64,000 bases of DNA from Ranitomeya imitator. Its lineage: Eukaryota. The stretch lies in assembly GCF_032444005.1 (NCBI RefSeq), contig NC_091285.1:27156001-27220000 (forward strand), given 5' to 3'. Position numbers and translations under genes: made by a program. The notes below the pieces were generated by a model that was not told the origin of the DNA, searched no databases, and worked only from the letters and a program-made list of their open reading frames with translations. Below, piece after piece: positions 33,801-63,403 of the stretch. Position 1 is the first letter of the stretch. Every line of letters begins with the position of its first letter.

Positions 33801-34273
33801 CCTCCCTTAATTGGATGTATTTGGGGCTAAAAATCATTTTTTCAATTGGGTTTAATTAAAAATGTCTCACCCTTCGACTTTTACATTCAACTTTGATGGG
33901 ATCTGTGGTCATAAATCGGCAGAGAAAAAACATGAGAGAGTTACAGCCTCTAGTCACAGAGTAAGAATGAGCTCACTGCTGGATCCTCAGTTAGCTCATT
34001 CTGTAGCCAGCAACACAGGGACTATAAAAGGCAAATGGTGCAACATTTTTAATGAAACCCAATTGCAAAAATGATTTTTAGCAACAAATACTTTTACTTA
34101 TGTAAAAAAAAAGTGAATATCCTTTAAATTTGTTTTTCTCCGCAGGTTCCTCTGGAGCAGTGCGGAGTCCTCTGGCGGGGGTAACCGTGAAGTCTCCTAA
34201 TCAGGGTCTGCGTCTCGGCCTGTCAAGACTGGCGAGGGTGAAGCCATTACATCCAGCGACCGTCCTGCGCTGA
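24885..34273 (+). CDS. RAD51AP1: RAD51-associated protein 1, complete; exons 24885-24901, 26581-26630, 27349-27478, 28516-28625, 29006-29095, 29183-29338, 31294-31437, 33147-33269, 34146-34273 (948 nt, 315 aa)
   Basis: The translation gives MDRPAR|NKKSVDYSQF, EDKLYQRDLEVALALS, SNCSV, LDEI (SIM-like), RQAASKA, an acidic/lysine-rich middle, WTPP, and the C-terminal VKSPNQGLRLGLSRLARVKPLHP RAD51-binding region. All GT-AG phases are consistent. Exon 5 has an alternative in-frame acceptor 9 nt downstream (29015). Confidence 0.96.
24950..26500. repeat. 31-bp minisatellite (cagtgattggcagccacgt[a/g]cacactgcggt), about 50 copies, RAD51AP1 intron 1
   Basis: Direct periodicity, starting about 50 nt after the exon 1 donor. 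Confidence 0.98.
27738..28390. mobile_element. Old MITE with long decayed inverted arms
   Basis: gaatccccagtgcatgctgg..aacaggac..ggggacc..gcttcgatcactgc is inverted relative to gcagtgatcgaagc..ggtcccc..gtcctgtt..ccagcatgcactagggattc. Confidence 0.7.
29710..30815. repeat. 31-bp minisatellite (gtgggacctggtaacagctgatccttggggt), about 35 copies, RAD51AP1 intron 6
   Basis: Direct periodicity; the - strand ORFs repeat every 31 aa. Confidence 0.97.
31842..33092. repeat. 87-93-bp tandem repeat (gataacacctctatatacagtagataacacaggatccaccattcacaataggtgatgtcacagctcac(ctc)n tgtacaatgact), about 14 copies
   Basis: Unit length varies with the number of cct triplets; the array ends about 55 nt before RAD51AP1 exon 8. 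Confidence 0.97.
33800..34127. mobile_element. T2/Kolobok-type MITE copy (ttggggctaaaa...gatttttagc family)
   Basis: Inverted motifs ggggctaaaaatcatttttt-caattgggttt and gaaacccaattgcaaaaatgatttttagc; it ends in cctttaa 18 nt before the last RAD51AP1 acceptor. Relatives lie at about 24050-24285, 34620-34690, 54029-54435 and 63122-63403. Confidence 0.75.
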
Positions 34274-34959
34274 CCGCGGGAGCTGATGTATAGACTGAGC
34301 GGCGGTGCCGTCACACAGCGTGGACCGGTGCACAGGGCGAGGACTCGTACGTCTCTGACCGCCTCTGACTGCCGGACTCCTTTACTATAGGAACAATCCT
34401 CCCGCTGACCGTTACCCCAATATTCAGGGCAGGTTTCATGTCATATCGGGACTTTAGGAACATCGGGCTATAAAAGTCGGCCATTTCTTGCTATATATAT
34501 ATAGGGAGACGATATTTTAGGAACCAAATCCTGGACCCGGGGGATATTCAGACCCATCGCCCCTCTCATGTTACACATCAGAGGTATGAGGGGGGACCCA
34601 GACCACCCTACGTGGTCACGTTTTAGCAGCCATTTCAAGGTTAACGAAACCCAATTGCAAAAATTTACTTTTTTAGCCCAGAATACATTAATTTACGCCC
34701 TGGAAGGAGAGTGCTCCAATAAATGTACAGAGTCTTATAAGCCCAAGATGCGGCCGGTTCAGGTCATGGAAGGACGCCAAGCTGTAGTCACCTGATTTAG
34801 CCCCAAAGGGCGGCCAGAAAACTCCTCCAGCATTTCAGCAGCGTTTATCCGCCGCCCCATAGGGCCTCGCCCTTAGATGATGTGGGAGGCTGCACGATGA
34901 GAAGTTCTTAGCTCATCAGACTTTACAAATCTGGGCTGCAATGTTTGGACTGGTTGCGG

Positions 34960-36145
34960 GGCTCCTCACTGGCCGCGGGGGATTCTCACAGGCCGCGGGG
35001 GTTTCTCACAGGTCGTGGGGCTCCTCACTGGCCGAGAGGGATGCTCCCAAGCCATGGGGCTCCTCACTGGCCGCAGGGCATTCTCCCAAGCCGTGGGGCT
35101 CCTCACTGGCCGCGGGGGATTCTCACAAGTCGTGGGGCTCCTCATTGGCCGCGGAAGATTCTCACTGGCCGCGGGGGATTCTCACAGGTTGTATGTATGT
35201 TACTATGTTACAGGTTGTGGGACTCCTCACTGGCCGCAGGGGAATCTCACACGCCGTGGGGCTCCTCACTGGCTGCCGGGGATTTTCACAGGTTGTGGGG
35301 CTCCTCACTGGCCGCGAGGGATTCTCCCAAGCCGTGGGGCTCCTCACTGGCCGCAGGGGATTCTCACACGCCGTGGGGCTCCTCACTGGCCACGAGGGAT
35401 TCTCCCAAGCTGTGGGGCTCCTCACTGGCCGCAAGAGATTCTCCCAAGCCGTGGGGCTCCTCACTGGCCGCGAGGGATTCTCCCAAGCCGTGGGGCTCCT
35501 CACTGGCCGCGAGGGATTCTCCCAAGCCGTGGGGCTCCTCACTGGTTGCGAGGGATTCTCCCAAGCCGTGGGGCTCCTCACTGGCCGCGAGGGATTCTCC
35601 CAAGCCGTGGGGCTCCTCACTGGCCGCGAGGGATTCTCCCAAGCCGTGGGGCTCCTCACTGGCCGCGAGGGATTCTCCCAAGCCGTGGGGCTCCTCACTG
35701 GTTGCGAGGGATTCTCCCAAGCCGTGGGGCTCCTCACTGGCCGCGAGGGATTCTCCCAAGCCGTGGGGCTCCTCACTGGTTGCGAGGGATTCTCCCAAGC
35801 CGTGGGGCTCACTGGCCGCAAGGGATTCTCCCAAGCCGTGGGGCTCCTCACTGGCCGCAAGGGATTCTCCCAAGCCGTGAGGCTCCCCACTGGCTGCGAG
35901 AGATTCTCCCAAACCGTGGGGCTCCTCACTGGTTGCGAGGGATTCTCCCAAGCCGTGGGGCTCCTCACTGGCCACGAGAGATTCTCCCAAGCCGTGGGGC
36001 TCCTCACTGGCCGCGAGGGATTCTCCCAAGCCGTGGGGCTCCTCACTGGCCGCGAGAGATTCTCCCAAGCCGTGGGGCTCCTCACTGGTCGCGAGGGATT
36101 CTCCCAAGCCGTGGGGCTCCTCACTGGCCGCAAGAGATTCTCCCT
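34960..36145. repeat. 39-bp CpG-rich minisatellite (gtggggctcctcactggccgcgagggattctcccaagcc), about 30 copies
   Basis: The unit is a multiple of 3 and stop-free in most frames, which produces 13-aa repeat ORFs on both strands. Confidence 0.97.
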
Positions 36146-37439
36146 GGATGCAGGCTCAGGGGGAATGTCCCTGGCCACGGGGCTACTCACTGACTGCAGG
36201 GCTACTCGCACGCCGTGGGCCTCCTCACCTGAACTCTGCACCCTCATCGGCTGGTAAGTTTATGAGACCCCCGGCCGGTCCGGACCGTTATATCCTCATG
36301 TATAAAACCGGCTTTGAAGCCACAGTGTTGTCTCCTCCTGTTCCCCGTTTTCTCTGCTTGTCGCCCTCTTTATTTTATTTGTCTATAAATGTCTGTTTTT
36401 GGCCCAGATCTCTGCAACCGGGAAGGAGAATCACATCGTAATATAATCTGGCCATAAAGAAATAAAAGTAAAGATTTTAGTGTTTGCCTTTTTATTAAAG
36501 TGCAACGCTGCAGACTATGTTTGCGCCATCTAAGCAGTGGGTTAAGAATCACCAGTACGCCCCCTGCTGGTAAGGCAGTAAATCCCAGCTTAGGTCATGT
36601 AGGGGGGAATAATTACCACCACATGGCATCCAGGTGCCCCATATATCACGGTACAATGGGCACGGATGTTCTTCACTGGATTCCATGGATTCATTTCCCG
36701 TGCCCCCCCCACCTCCATCAGTGACCTTGTGTCAGTGCGTCATTCCGCCACTTTATATTTACCCCTTTGCGACCAATGACGTACATGTAAGTCATCAGCC
36801 GAGTCCCTGCACTTGGTGGCTACTCTATGAATAGCACAGGCGATAAGAGACTCGAAGCTGCCATCATCCAAGGGGATTATTAAAAAAAGTAAAAACTTGT
36901 TAAAAAAAAAGTTTTAAAAAAAGAACACAAAAGTGAAAATCACCCCCTTTTTGCCCCATTAAAAAAAATAAAAATACACATATTTGGTATCACCGCATTT
37001 AGAAATGTCTGATCTATCAAAATATAAAGTAAAATAATCCGATCAGTAAACGGGAAAAAAAATTCAACTGCAAGAATTACGTTTTTTTTGGTCGCCATAA
37101 ACTGCAATAAAAGCCAAGAAGAGGCGATCAAAACATTGTGTCTATCCAAAAATAGTATTGATAAAAACGTCAGCTCGGGGCACAAAAATCAAGCCCTCAC
37201 ACGGCCAATAATGACGGAAAAATAAAAAAAAGTTATGGCTCTGGGAAGAACGGGAGCAAAAAACGAAAATGGGAAAATCGCCTGGGGTTGAAGTGGTTAA
37301 ATCATTGGGTTAAATACAGCGAAGGTGTCATGTTTGCCCTTTATATTAAAAATAAGACCCCACTTAGATTTTTTTAATATATTTAAGAAATAATTGTCAC
37401 ATGATTTATAAAAAAAAAAAAAAAAAAACCGTTGCTGCC

Positions 37440-37708
37440 TGAAATTCAGCTCTGGTTCCAAAATCGCTGCCTGTAATATCTGATGTGAACACTAGATGGC
37501 GGTGTCGAGCTGATCTGCTGCTGATGCCTTCCAGTCCACCGACCTTGTTTGGTCTCACTGGCCACCCGTAGTCTGCTCAGGTTCATCCGGAAACATGGCT
37601 CCTGTCATTTATTGCTATGAAGATGCTGTGGACGAGAAATAGCGACGGTCCGGGAGGAGTCGGTGCCCGTACACTAAACACGGGGCCTCGGCGGCGTCTG
37701 TGAAGCAG
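37440..37708 (+). promoter_or_regulatory. Putative FERRY3 promoter and non-coding first exon (donor 37709)
   Basis: A CpG-rich patch ends in GCAG|GTACTG. The ATG exon starts at an acceptor (46585), so a 5' exon is required. An in-frame TAA at 37675 excludes an N-terminal extension. A CTCF/YY1-like acactagatggcgg lies at 37489. Confidence 0.5.
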
Positions 37709-37882
37709 GTACTGGGTGTAGTAAGTGACGGCGGACACCAGCTGGTGCTGCTCTGCTGCGGGGGATTCATGTTAGTGACGCACAACCAGGAGCTGTCAAT
37801 CAAAAATGGCAATTCAGCGGTTATAGGAGCTGGCCACAGCCAGAGGGCAACAGTGAGCCGCATATACAGCCCTGCTGAGCAG

Positions 37883-40800
37883 CAGTTACCTCCTGTGTTA
37901 TACCCCAGAGCTGCACTCACTATTCTGCTGGTGCAGTCACTGTGTACATACATTACTGATCCTGAGTTACATCCTGTATTATACCCCAGAGCTGCACTCA
38001 CTATTCTGCTGGTGCAGTCACTGTGTACATACATTACATTACTGATCCTGAGTTATATCCTGTATTATACCCCAGAGCTGCACTCACTATTCTGCTGGTG
38101 CAGTCACTGTGTACATACATTACTGATCCTGAGTTACATCCTGTATTATACCCCAGAGCTGCACTCACTATTCTGCTGGTGCAGTCACTGTGTACATACA
38201 TTACATTACTGATCCTGAGTTACATCCTGTATTATACTCCAGAGCTGCACTCACTATTCTGCTGGTGCAGTCACTGTGTACATACATTACATTACTGATC
38301 CTGAGTTACATCCTGTATTATACTCCAGAGCTGCACTCACTATTCTGCTGGTGCAGTCACTGTGTACATACATTACATTACTGATCCTGAGTTACATCCT
38401 GTATTATACTCCAGAGCTGCACTCACTATTCTACTGGTGCAGTCACTGTGTACATACATTACATTACTGATCCTGAGTTACATCCTGTATTATACCCCAG
38501 AGCTGCACTCACTATTCTGCTGGTGCAGTCACTGTGTACATACATTACATTACTGATCCTGAGTTACATCCTGTATTATACCCCAGAGCTGCACTCACTA
38601 TTCTGCTGGTGCAGGTACTGTGTACATACATTACATTACTGATCCTGAGTTACATCCTGTATTATACTCCAGAGCTGCACTCACTATTCTGCTGGTGCAG
38701 TCACTGTGTACATACATTACATTACTGATCCTGAGTTACATCCTGTATTATACCCCAGAGCTGCACTCACTATTCTGCTGGTGCAGTCACTGTGTACATA
38801 CATTACTGATCCTGAGTTACATCCTGTATTATACTCCAGAGCTGCACTCACTATTCTGCTGGTGCAGTCACTGTGTACATACATTACTGATCCTGAGTTA
38901 CATCCTGTATTATACTCCAGAGCTGCACTCACTATTCTGCTGGTGCAGTCACTGTGTACATACATTACTGATCCTGAGTTACATCCTGTATTATACCCCA
39001 GAGCTGCACTCATTATTCTGCTGGTGCAGTCACTGTGTACATACATTACATTACTGATACTAAGTTACATCCTGTATTATACCCCAGAGCTGCACTCACT
39101 ATTCTGCTGGTGCAGTCACTGTGTACATACATTACATTACTGACCCTGAGTTACATCCTGTATTATACTCCAGAGCTGCACTCACTATTCTGCTGGTGCA
39201 GACACTGTGTACATACATTACATTACTGATCCTGAGTTACATCCTGTATTATACTCCAGAGCTGCACTCACTATTCTGCTGGTGCAGTCACTGTGTACAT
39301 ACATTACATTACTGATCCTGAGTTACCTCCTGTATTATACTCCAGAGCTGCACTCACTATTCTGCTGGTGCAGTCACTGTGTACATACATTACATTACTG
39401 ATACTAAGTTACATCCTGTATTATACCCCAGAGCTGCACTCACTATTCTGCTGGTGCAGTCACTGTGCACATACATTACATTACTGATCCTGAGTTACAT
39501 CCTGTATTATACTCCAGAGCTGCACTCACTATTCTGCTGGTGCAGACACTGTGTACATACATTACATTACTGATCCTGAGTTACATCCTGTATTATACCC
39601 CAGAGCTGCACTCACTATTCTGCTGGTGCAGTCACTGTGTACTTTACATTACATTACTGATACTAAGTTACATCCTGTATTATACCCCAGAGCTGCACTC
39701 ACTATTCTGCTGGTGCAGTCACTGTGTACATACATTACATTACTGATCCTGAGTTACATCCTGTATTATACCCCAGAGCTGCACTCACTATTCTGCTGGT
39801 GCAGTCACTGTGTACATACATTATATTACTGATCCTGAGTTACATCCTGTATTATACTCCAGAGCTGCAGTCACTATTCTGCTGGTGCAATCACTGTGTA
39901 CATACATTACATTACTGATCCTGAGTTACATCCTGTATTATACCCCAGAGCTGCACTCACTATTCTGCTGGTGCAGTCACTGTGTACATACATTACATTA
40001 CTGATCCTGAGTTACATCCTGTATTATACTCCAGAGCTGCACTCACTATTCTGCTGGTGCAATCACTGTGTACATACATTACATTACTGATCCTGAGTTA
40101 CATCCTGTATTATACTCCAGAGCTGCACTCACTATTCTGCTGGTGCAGTCACTGTGTACATACATTACATTACTGATCCTGAGTTACATCCTGTATTATA
40201 CCCCAGAGCTGCACTCACTATTCTGCTGGTGCAGTCACTGTGTACATACATTATATTACTGATCCTGAGTTACATCCTGTATTATACTCCAGAGCTGCAC
40301 TCACTATTCTGCTGGTGCAGTCACTGTGTACATACATTATATTACTGATCCTGAGTTACATCCTGTATTATACTCCAGAGCTGCACTCACTATTCTGCTG
40401 GTGCAGTCACTGTGTACATACATTACTGATCCTGAGTTACATCCTGTATTATACCCCAGAGCTGCACTCACTATTCTGCTGGTGCAGTCACTGGGTACAT
40501 ACATTACATTACTGATCCTGAGTTACATCCTGTATTATACTCCAGAGCTGCACTCACTATTCTGCTGGTGCAGACACTGTGTACATACATTACATTACTG
40601 ATCCTGAGTTACATCCTGTATTATACTCCAGAGCTGCACTCACTATTCTGCTGGTGCAGTCACTGTGTACATACATTACATTACTGATCCTGAGTTACAT
40701 CCTGTATTATACCCCAGAGCTGCACTCACTATTCTGCTGGTGCAGTCACTGTGTACATACATTATATTACTGATCCTGAGTTACATCCTGTATTATACTC

Positions 40801-43800
40801 CAGAGCTGCACTCACTATTCTGCTGGTGCAGTCACTGTGTACATACATTACTGATCCTGAGTTACATCCTGTATTATACCCCAGAGCTGCACTCACTATT
40901 CTGCTGGTGCAGTCACTGGGTACATACATTACATTACTGATCCTGAGTTACATCCTGTATTATACTCCAGAGCTGCACTCACTATTCTGCTGGTGCAGAC
41001 ACTGTGTACATACATTACATTACTGATCCTGAGTTACATCCTGTATTATACTCCAGAGCTGCACTCACTATTCTGCTGGTGCAGTCACTGTGTACATACA
41101 TTACATTACTGATCCTGAGTTACATCCTGTATTATACCCCAGAGCTGCACTCACTATTCTGCTGGTGCAGTCACTGTGTACATACATTACATTACTGATA
41201 CTAAGTTACATCCTGTATTATACCCCAGAGCTGCACTCACTATTCTGCTGGTGCAGTCACTGTGCACATACATTACATTACTGATCCTGAGTTACATCCT
41301 GTATTATACTCCAGAGCTGCACTCACTATTCTGCTGGTGCAGACACTGTGTACATACATTACATTACTGATCCTGAGTTACATCCTGTATTATACCCCAG
41401 AGCTGCACTCACTATTCTGCTGGTGCAGTCACTGTGTACATACATTACATTACTGATACTAAGTTACATCCTGTATTATACCCCAGAGCTGCACTCACTA
41501 TTCTGCTGGTGCAGTCACTGTGTACATACATTACATTACTGATCCTGAGTTACATCCTGTATTATACCCCAGAGCTGCACTCACTATTCTGCTGGTGCAG
41601 TCACTGTGTACATACATTATATTACTGATCCTGAGTTACATCCTGTATTATACTCCAGAGCTGCAGTCACTATTCTGCTGGTGCAATCACTGTGTACATA
41701 CATTACATTACTGATCCTGAGTTACATCCTGTATTATACCCCAGAGCTGCACTCACTATTCTGCTGGTGCAGTCACTGTGTACATACATTATATTACTGA
41801 TCCTGAGTTACATCCTGTATTATACTCCAGAGCTGCACTCACTATTCTGCTGGTGCAATCACTGTGTACATACATTACATTACTGATCCTGAGTTACATC
41901 CTGTATTATACTCCAGAGCTGCACTCACTATTCTGCTGGTGCAGTCACTGTGTACATACATTACTGATCCTGAGTTACATCCTGTATTATACTCCAGAGC
42001 TGCACTCACTATTCTGCTGGTGCAGTCACTGGGTACATACATTACATTACTGATCCTGAGTTACATCCTGTATTATACTCCAGAGCTGCACTCACTATTC
42101 TGCTGGTGCAGTCACTGTGTACATACATTATATTTCTGATCCTGAGTTACATCCTGTATTATACTCCAGAGCTGCACTCACTATTCTGCTGGTGCAGTCA
42201 CTGTGTACATACATTATATTACTGATCCTGAGTTACATCCTGTATTATACTCCAGAGCTGCACTCACTATTCTGCTGGTGCAGTCACTGTGTACATACAT
42301 TACTGATCCTGAGTTACATCCTGTATTATACCCCAGAGCTGCACTCACTATTCTGCTGGTGCAGTCCCTGTGTACATACATTACATTACTGATCCTGAGT
42401 TACATCCTATATTATACCCCAGAGCTGCACTCACTATTCTGCTGGTGCACTCACTGTGTACATACATTACATTACTGATACTAAGTTACATCCTGTATTA
42501 TACCCCAGAGCTGCACTCACTATTCTGCTGGTGCAGTCACTGTGTACATACATTACATTACTGATCCTGAGTTACATCCTGTATTATACCCCAGAGCTGC
42601 ACTCACTATTCTGCTGGTGCAGTCACTGTGTACATACATTATATTACTGATCCTGAGTTACATCCTGTATTATACTCCAGAGCTGCAGTCACTATTCTGC
42701 TGGTGCAATCACTGTGTACATACATTACATTACTGATCCTGAGTTACATCCTGTATTATACCCCAGAGCTGCACTCACTATTCTGCTGGTGCAGTCACTG
42801 TGTACATACATTATATTACTGATCCTGAGTTACATCCTGTATTATACTCCAGAGCTGCACTCACTATTCTGCTGGTGCAATCACTGTGTACATACATTAC
42901 ATTACTGATCCTGAGTTACATCCTGTATTATACTCCAGAGCTGCGCTCACTATTCTGCTGGTGCAGTCACTGTGTACATACATTACTGATCCTGAGTTAC
43001 ATCCTGTATTATACCCCAGAGCTGCACTCACTATTCTGCTGGTGCAGTCACTGGGTACATACATTACATTACTGATCCTAAATTACATCCTGTATTATAC
43101 TCCAGAGCTGCACTCACTATTCTGCTGGTGCAGTCACTGTGTACATACATTATATTACTGATCCTGAGTTACATCCTGTATTATACTCCAGAGCTGCACT
43201 CACTATTCTGCTGGTGCAGTCACTGTGTACATACATTATATTACTGATCCTGAGTTACATCCTGTATTATACTCCAGAGCTGCACTCACTATTCTGCTGG
43301 TGCAGTCACTGTGTACATACATTACTGATCCTGAGTTACATCCTGTATTATACCCCAGAGCTGCACTCACTATTCTGCTGGTGCAGTCACTGGGTACATA
43401 CATTACATTACTGATCCTGAGTTACATCCTGTATTATACTCCAGAGCTGCACTCACTATTCTGCTGGTGCAGTCACTGTGTACATACATTACATTACTGA
43501 TCCTGAGTTACATCCTGTATTATACTCCAGAGCTGCACTCACTATTCTGCTGGTGCAGTCACTGTGTACATACATTACATTACTGATCCTGAGTTACATC
43601 CTGTATTATACCCCAGAGCTGCACTCACTATTCTGCTGGTGCAGTCACTGTGTACATACATTACATTACTGATCCTGAGTTACATCCTGTATTATACTCC
43701 AGAGCTGCACTCACTATTCTGCTGGTGCAGTCACTGTGTACATACATTACATTACTGATCCTGTGTTACCTCCTGTATTATGCCCCAGAGCTGCACTCAC

Positions 43801-46548
43801 TATTCTGCTGGTGCAGTCACTGTGTACATACATTACATTACTGATCCTGAGTTACATCCTGTATTATACTCCAGAGCTGCACTCACTATTCTGCTGGTGC
43901 AGTCACTGTGTGCATACATTACATTACTGATCCTGAGTTACATCCTGTATTATACTCCAGAGCTGCACTCACTATTCTGCTGGTGCAGTCACTGTGTACA
44001 TACATTACATTACTGATCCTGAGTTACATCCTGTATTATACCCCAGAGCTGCACTCACTATTCTGCTGGTGCAGTCACTGTGTACATACATTATATTACT
44101 GATCCGGAGTTACATCCTGTATTATACTCCAGAGCTGCAGTCACTATTCTGCTGGTGCAATCACTGTGTACATACATTACATTACTGATCCTGAGTTACA
44201 TCCTGTATTATACCCCAGAGCTGCACTCACTATTCTGCTGGTGCAGTCACTGTGTACATACATTATATTACTGATCCTGAGTTACATCCTGTATTATACT
44301 CCAGAGCTGCACTCACTATTCTGCTGGTGCAATCACTGTGTACATACATTACATTACTGATCCTGAGTTACATCCTGTATTATACTCCAGAGCTGCGCTC
44401 ACTATTCTGCTGGTGCAGTCACTGTGTACATACATTACTGATCCTGAGTTACATCCTGTATTATACCCCAGAGCTGCACTCACTATTCTGCTGGTGCAGT
44501 CACTGGGTACATACATTACATTACTGATCCTAAATTACATCCTGTATTATACTCCAGAGCTGCACTCACTATTCTGCTGGTGCAGTCACTGTGTACATAC
44601 ATTATATTACTGATCCTGAGTTACATCCTGTATTATACTCCAGAGCTGCACTCACTATTCTGCTGGTGCAGTCACTGTGTACATACATTATATTACTGAT
44701 CCTGAGTTACATCCTGTATTATACTCCAGAGCTGCACTCACTATTCTGCTGGTGCAGTCACTGTGTACATACATTACTGATCCTGAGTTACATCCTGTAT
44801 TATACCCCAGAGCTGCACTCACTATTCTGCTGGTGCAGTCACTGGGTACATACATTACAATACTGATCCTGAGTTACATCCTGTATTATACTCCAGAGCT
44901 GCACTCACTATTCTGCTGGTGCAGTCACTGTGTACATACATTACATTACTGATCCTGAGTTACATCCTGTATTATACTCCAGAGCTGCACTCACTATTCT
45001 GCTGGTGCAGTCACTGTGTACATACATTACATTACTGATCCTGAGTTACATCCTGTATTATACCCCAGAGCTGCACTCACTATTCTGCTGGTGCAGTCAC
45101 TGTGTACATACATTACATTACTGATCCTGAGTTACATCCTGTATTATACTCCAGAGCTGCACTCACTATTCTGCTGGTGCAGTCACTGTGTACATACATT
45201 ACATTACTGATCCTGTGTTACCTCCTGTATTATGCCCCAGAGCTGCACTCACTATTCTGCTGGTGCAGTCACTGTGTACATACATTACATTACTGATCCT
45301 GAGTTACATCCTGTATTATACTCCAGAGCTGCACTCACTATTCTGCTGGTGCAGTCACTGTGTGCATACATTACATTACTGATCCTGAGTTACATCCTGT
45401 ATTATACTCCAGAGCTGCACTCACTATTCTGCTGGTGCAGTCACTGTGTACATACATTACATTACTGATCCTGAGTTACATCCTGTATTATACCCCAGAG
45501 CTGCACTCACTATTCTGCTGGTGCAGTCACTGTGTACATACATTATATTACTGATCCGGAGTTACATCCTGTATTATACTCCAGAGCTGCACTCACTATT
45601 CTGCTGGTGCAGTCACTGTGTACATACATTATATTACTGATCCGGAGTTACATCCTGTATTATACCCCAGAGCTGCACTCACTATTCTGCTGGTGCAGTC
45701 ACTGTGTACATACATTACATTATTGATCCTGTGTTACATCCTGTATTATACCCCAGAGCTGCACTCACTATTCTGCTGGTGCAGTCACTGTGTACATTAC
45801 ATTACTGATCCTGAGTTACATCCTGTATTATACTCCAGAGCTGCACTCACTATTCTGCTGGTGCAGTCACTGTGTACATACATTACATTACTGATCCTGA
45901 GTTACCTCCTGTATTATACTCCAGAGCGGCACTCACTATTCTGCTGGTGCAGTCACTGTGTACATACATTACATTACTGATCCTGAGTTACATCCTGTAT
46001 TATACCCCAGAGCTGCACTCACTATTCTGCTGGTGCAGTCACTGTGTACATACATTACACTACTGATCCTGAGTTACATCCTGTATTATACTCCAGAGCT
46101 GCACTCACTATTCTGCTGGTGCAGTCACTGTGTACATACATTACATTACTGATCCTGAGTTACCTCCTGTATTATACTCCAGAGCGGCACTCACTATTCT
46201 GCTGGTGCAGTCACTGTGTACATACATTACATTACTGATCCTGAGTTACATCCTGTATTATACCCCAGAGCTGCACTCACTATTCTGCTGGTGCAGTCAC
46301 TGTGTACATACATTACACTACTGATCCTGAGTTACATCCTGTATTATACTCCAGAGCTGCACTCACTATTCTGCTGGTGCAGTCACTGTGTACATACATT
46401 ACACTACTGATCCTGAGTTACCTCCTGTATTATACTCCAGAGCTGCACTCACTATTCTGCTGGTGCAGTCACTGTGTACATACATTACATTACTGATCCT
46501 GAGTTACATCCTGTATTATACTCCAGAGCTGCGCTCACTATTCTGCTG
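37883..46548. repeat. 86-bp satellite (attactgatcctgagttacatcctgtattatactccagagctgcactcactattctgctggtgcagtcactgtgtacatacattac), about 100 copies, FERRY3 intron 1
   Basis: ORF starts are spaced exactly 86 nt apart; 81-bp variants lack one acatt. Confidence 0.99.
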
Positions 46549-46595
46549 ATTCTGATCAGTGTTTTTTTTTTTTTACTTTTCTAGCTGAAATCACC

Positions 46596-62945
<16,350 letters not shown>

Positions 62946-63121
62946 GTCAGTGGGGTTATATGGGAATGGGGACATCATTGTGCCCATGATACCTGGCTCA
63001 TCTGGTCCCATATTACATAGTGGACTGCAATAAAATCACCACTGCAAACACATCTAATGTAATGGAGACCTTGCAAAAAATAGGGGTTTTATTTATCAAA
63101 CCTTTGCAATGGAAAACCCCT

Positions 63122-63403
63122 TTAAAGGGATTGTCCATCTCTGGCTATTATTTTTTTTTATTGCTTAAATGTATGTATTTGGGGCTAAAAATTATTTTTG
63201 CAATTGAGTTTCATTAAAAATTGAGCACCGTTCAGCTTTTACAGGCTGTTTAAATCTCTTTGATGTGGTCATAAAAAGGCTATGGAATGCAAACTGTTCA
63301 AAATTTTTAATAACATTCAATTCCAAAAGTGATTTTTAGCCCCAAATACATGTATTTAATCAATAAAAAGAAATGGTCTCGTGACAGAGGACAACCCCTT
63401 TAA
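63122..63403. mobile_element. T2/Kolobok-type MITE
   Basis: Ends are ttaaagggattgtcc...ggacaacccctttaa; internal inverted sequences are atgtatttggggctaaaa and tttttagccccaaatacat. Confidence 0.85.

Noticed and set aside
34941-36257. 438-aa ORF with 13-aa repeats as a protein-coding gene
   Set aside because: The 39-bp unit keeps most frames on both strands open, and substitutions show no visible codon-position bias.
37883-46548. CRISPR-like array or about 100 small membrane-peptide genes
   Set aside because: There are no unique spacers and no cas genes, and the context is eukaryotic. The 64-aa ORFs simply recur with the 86-bp period.
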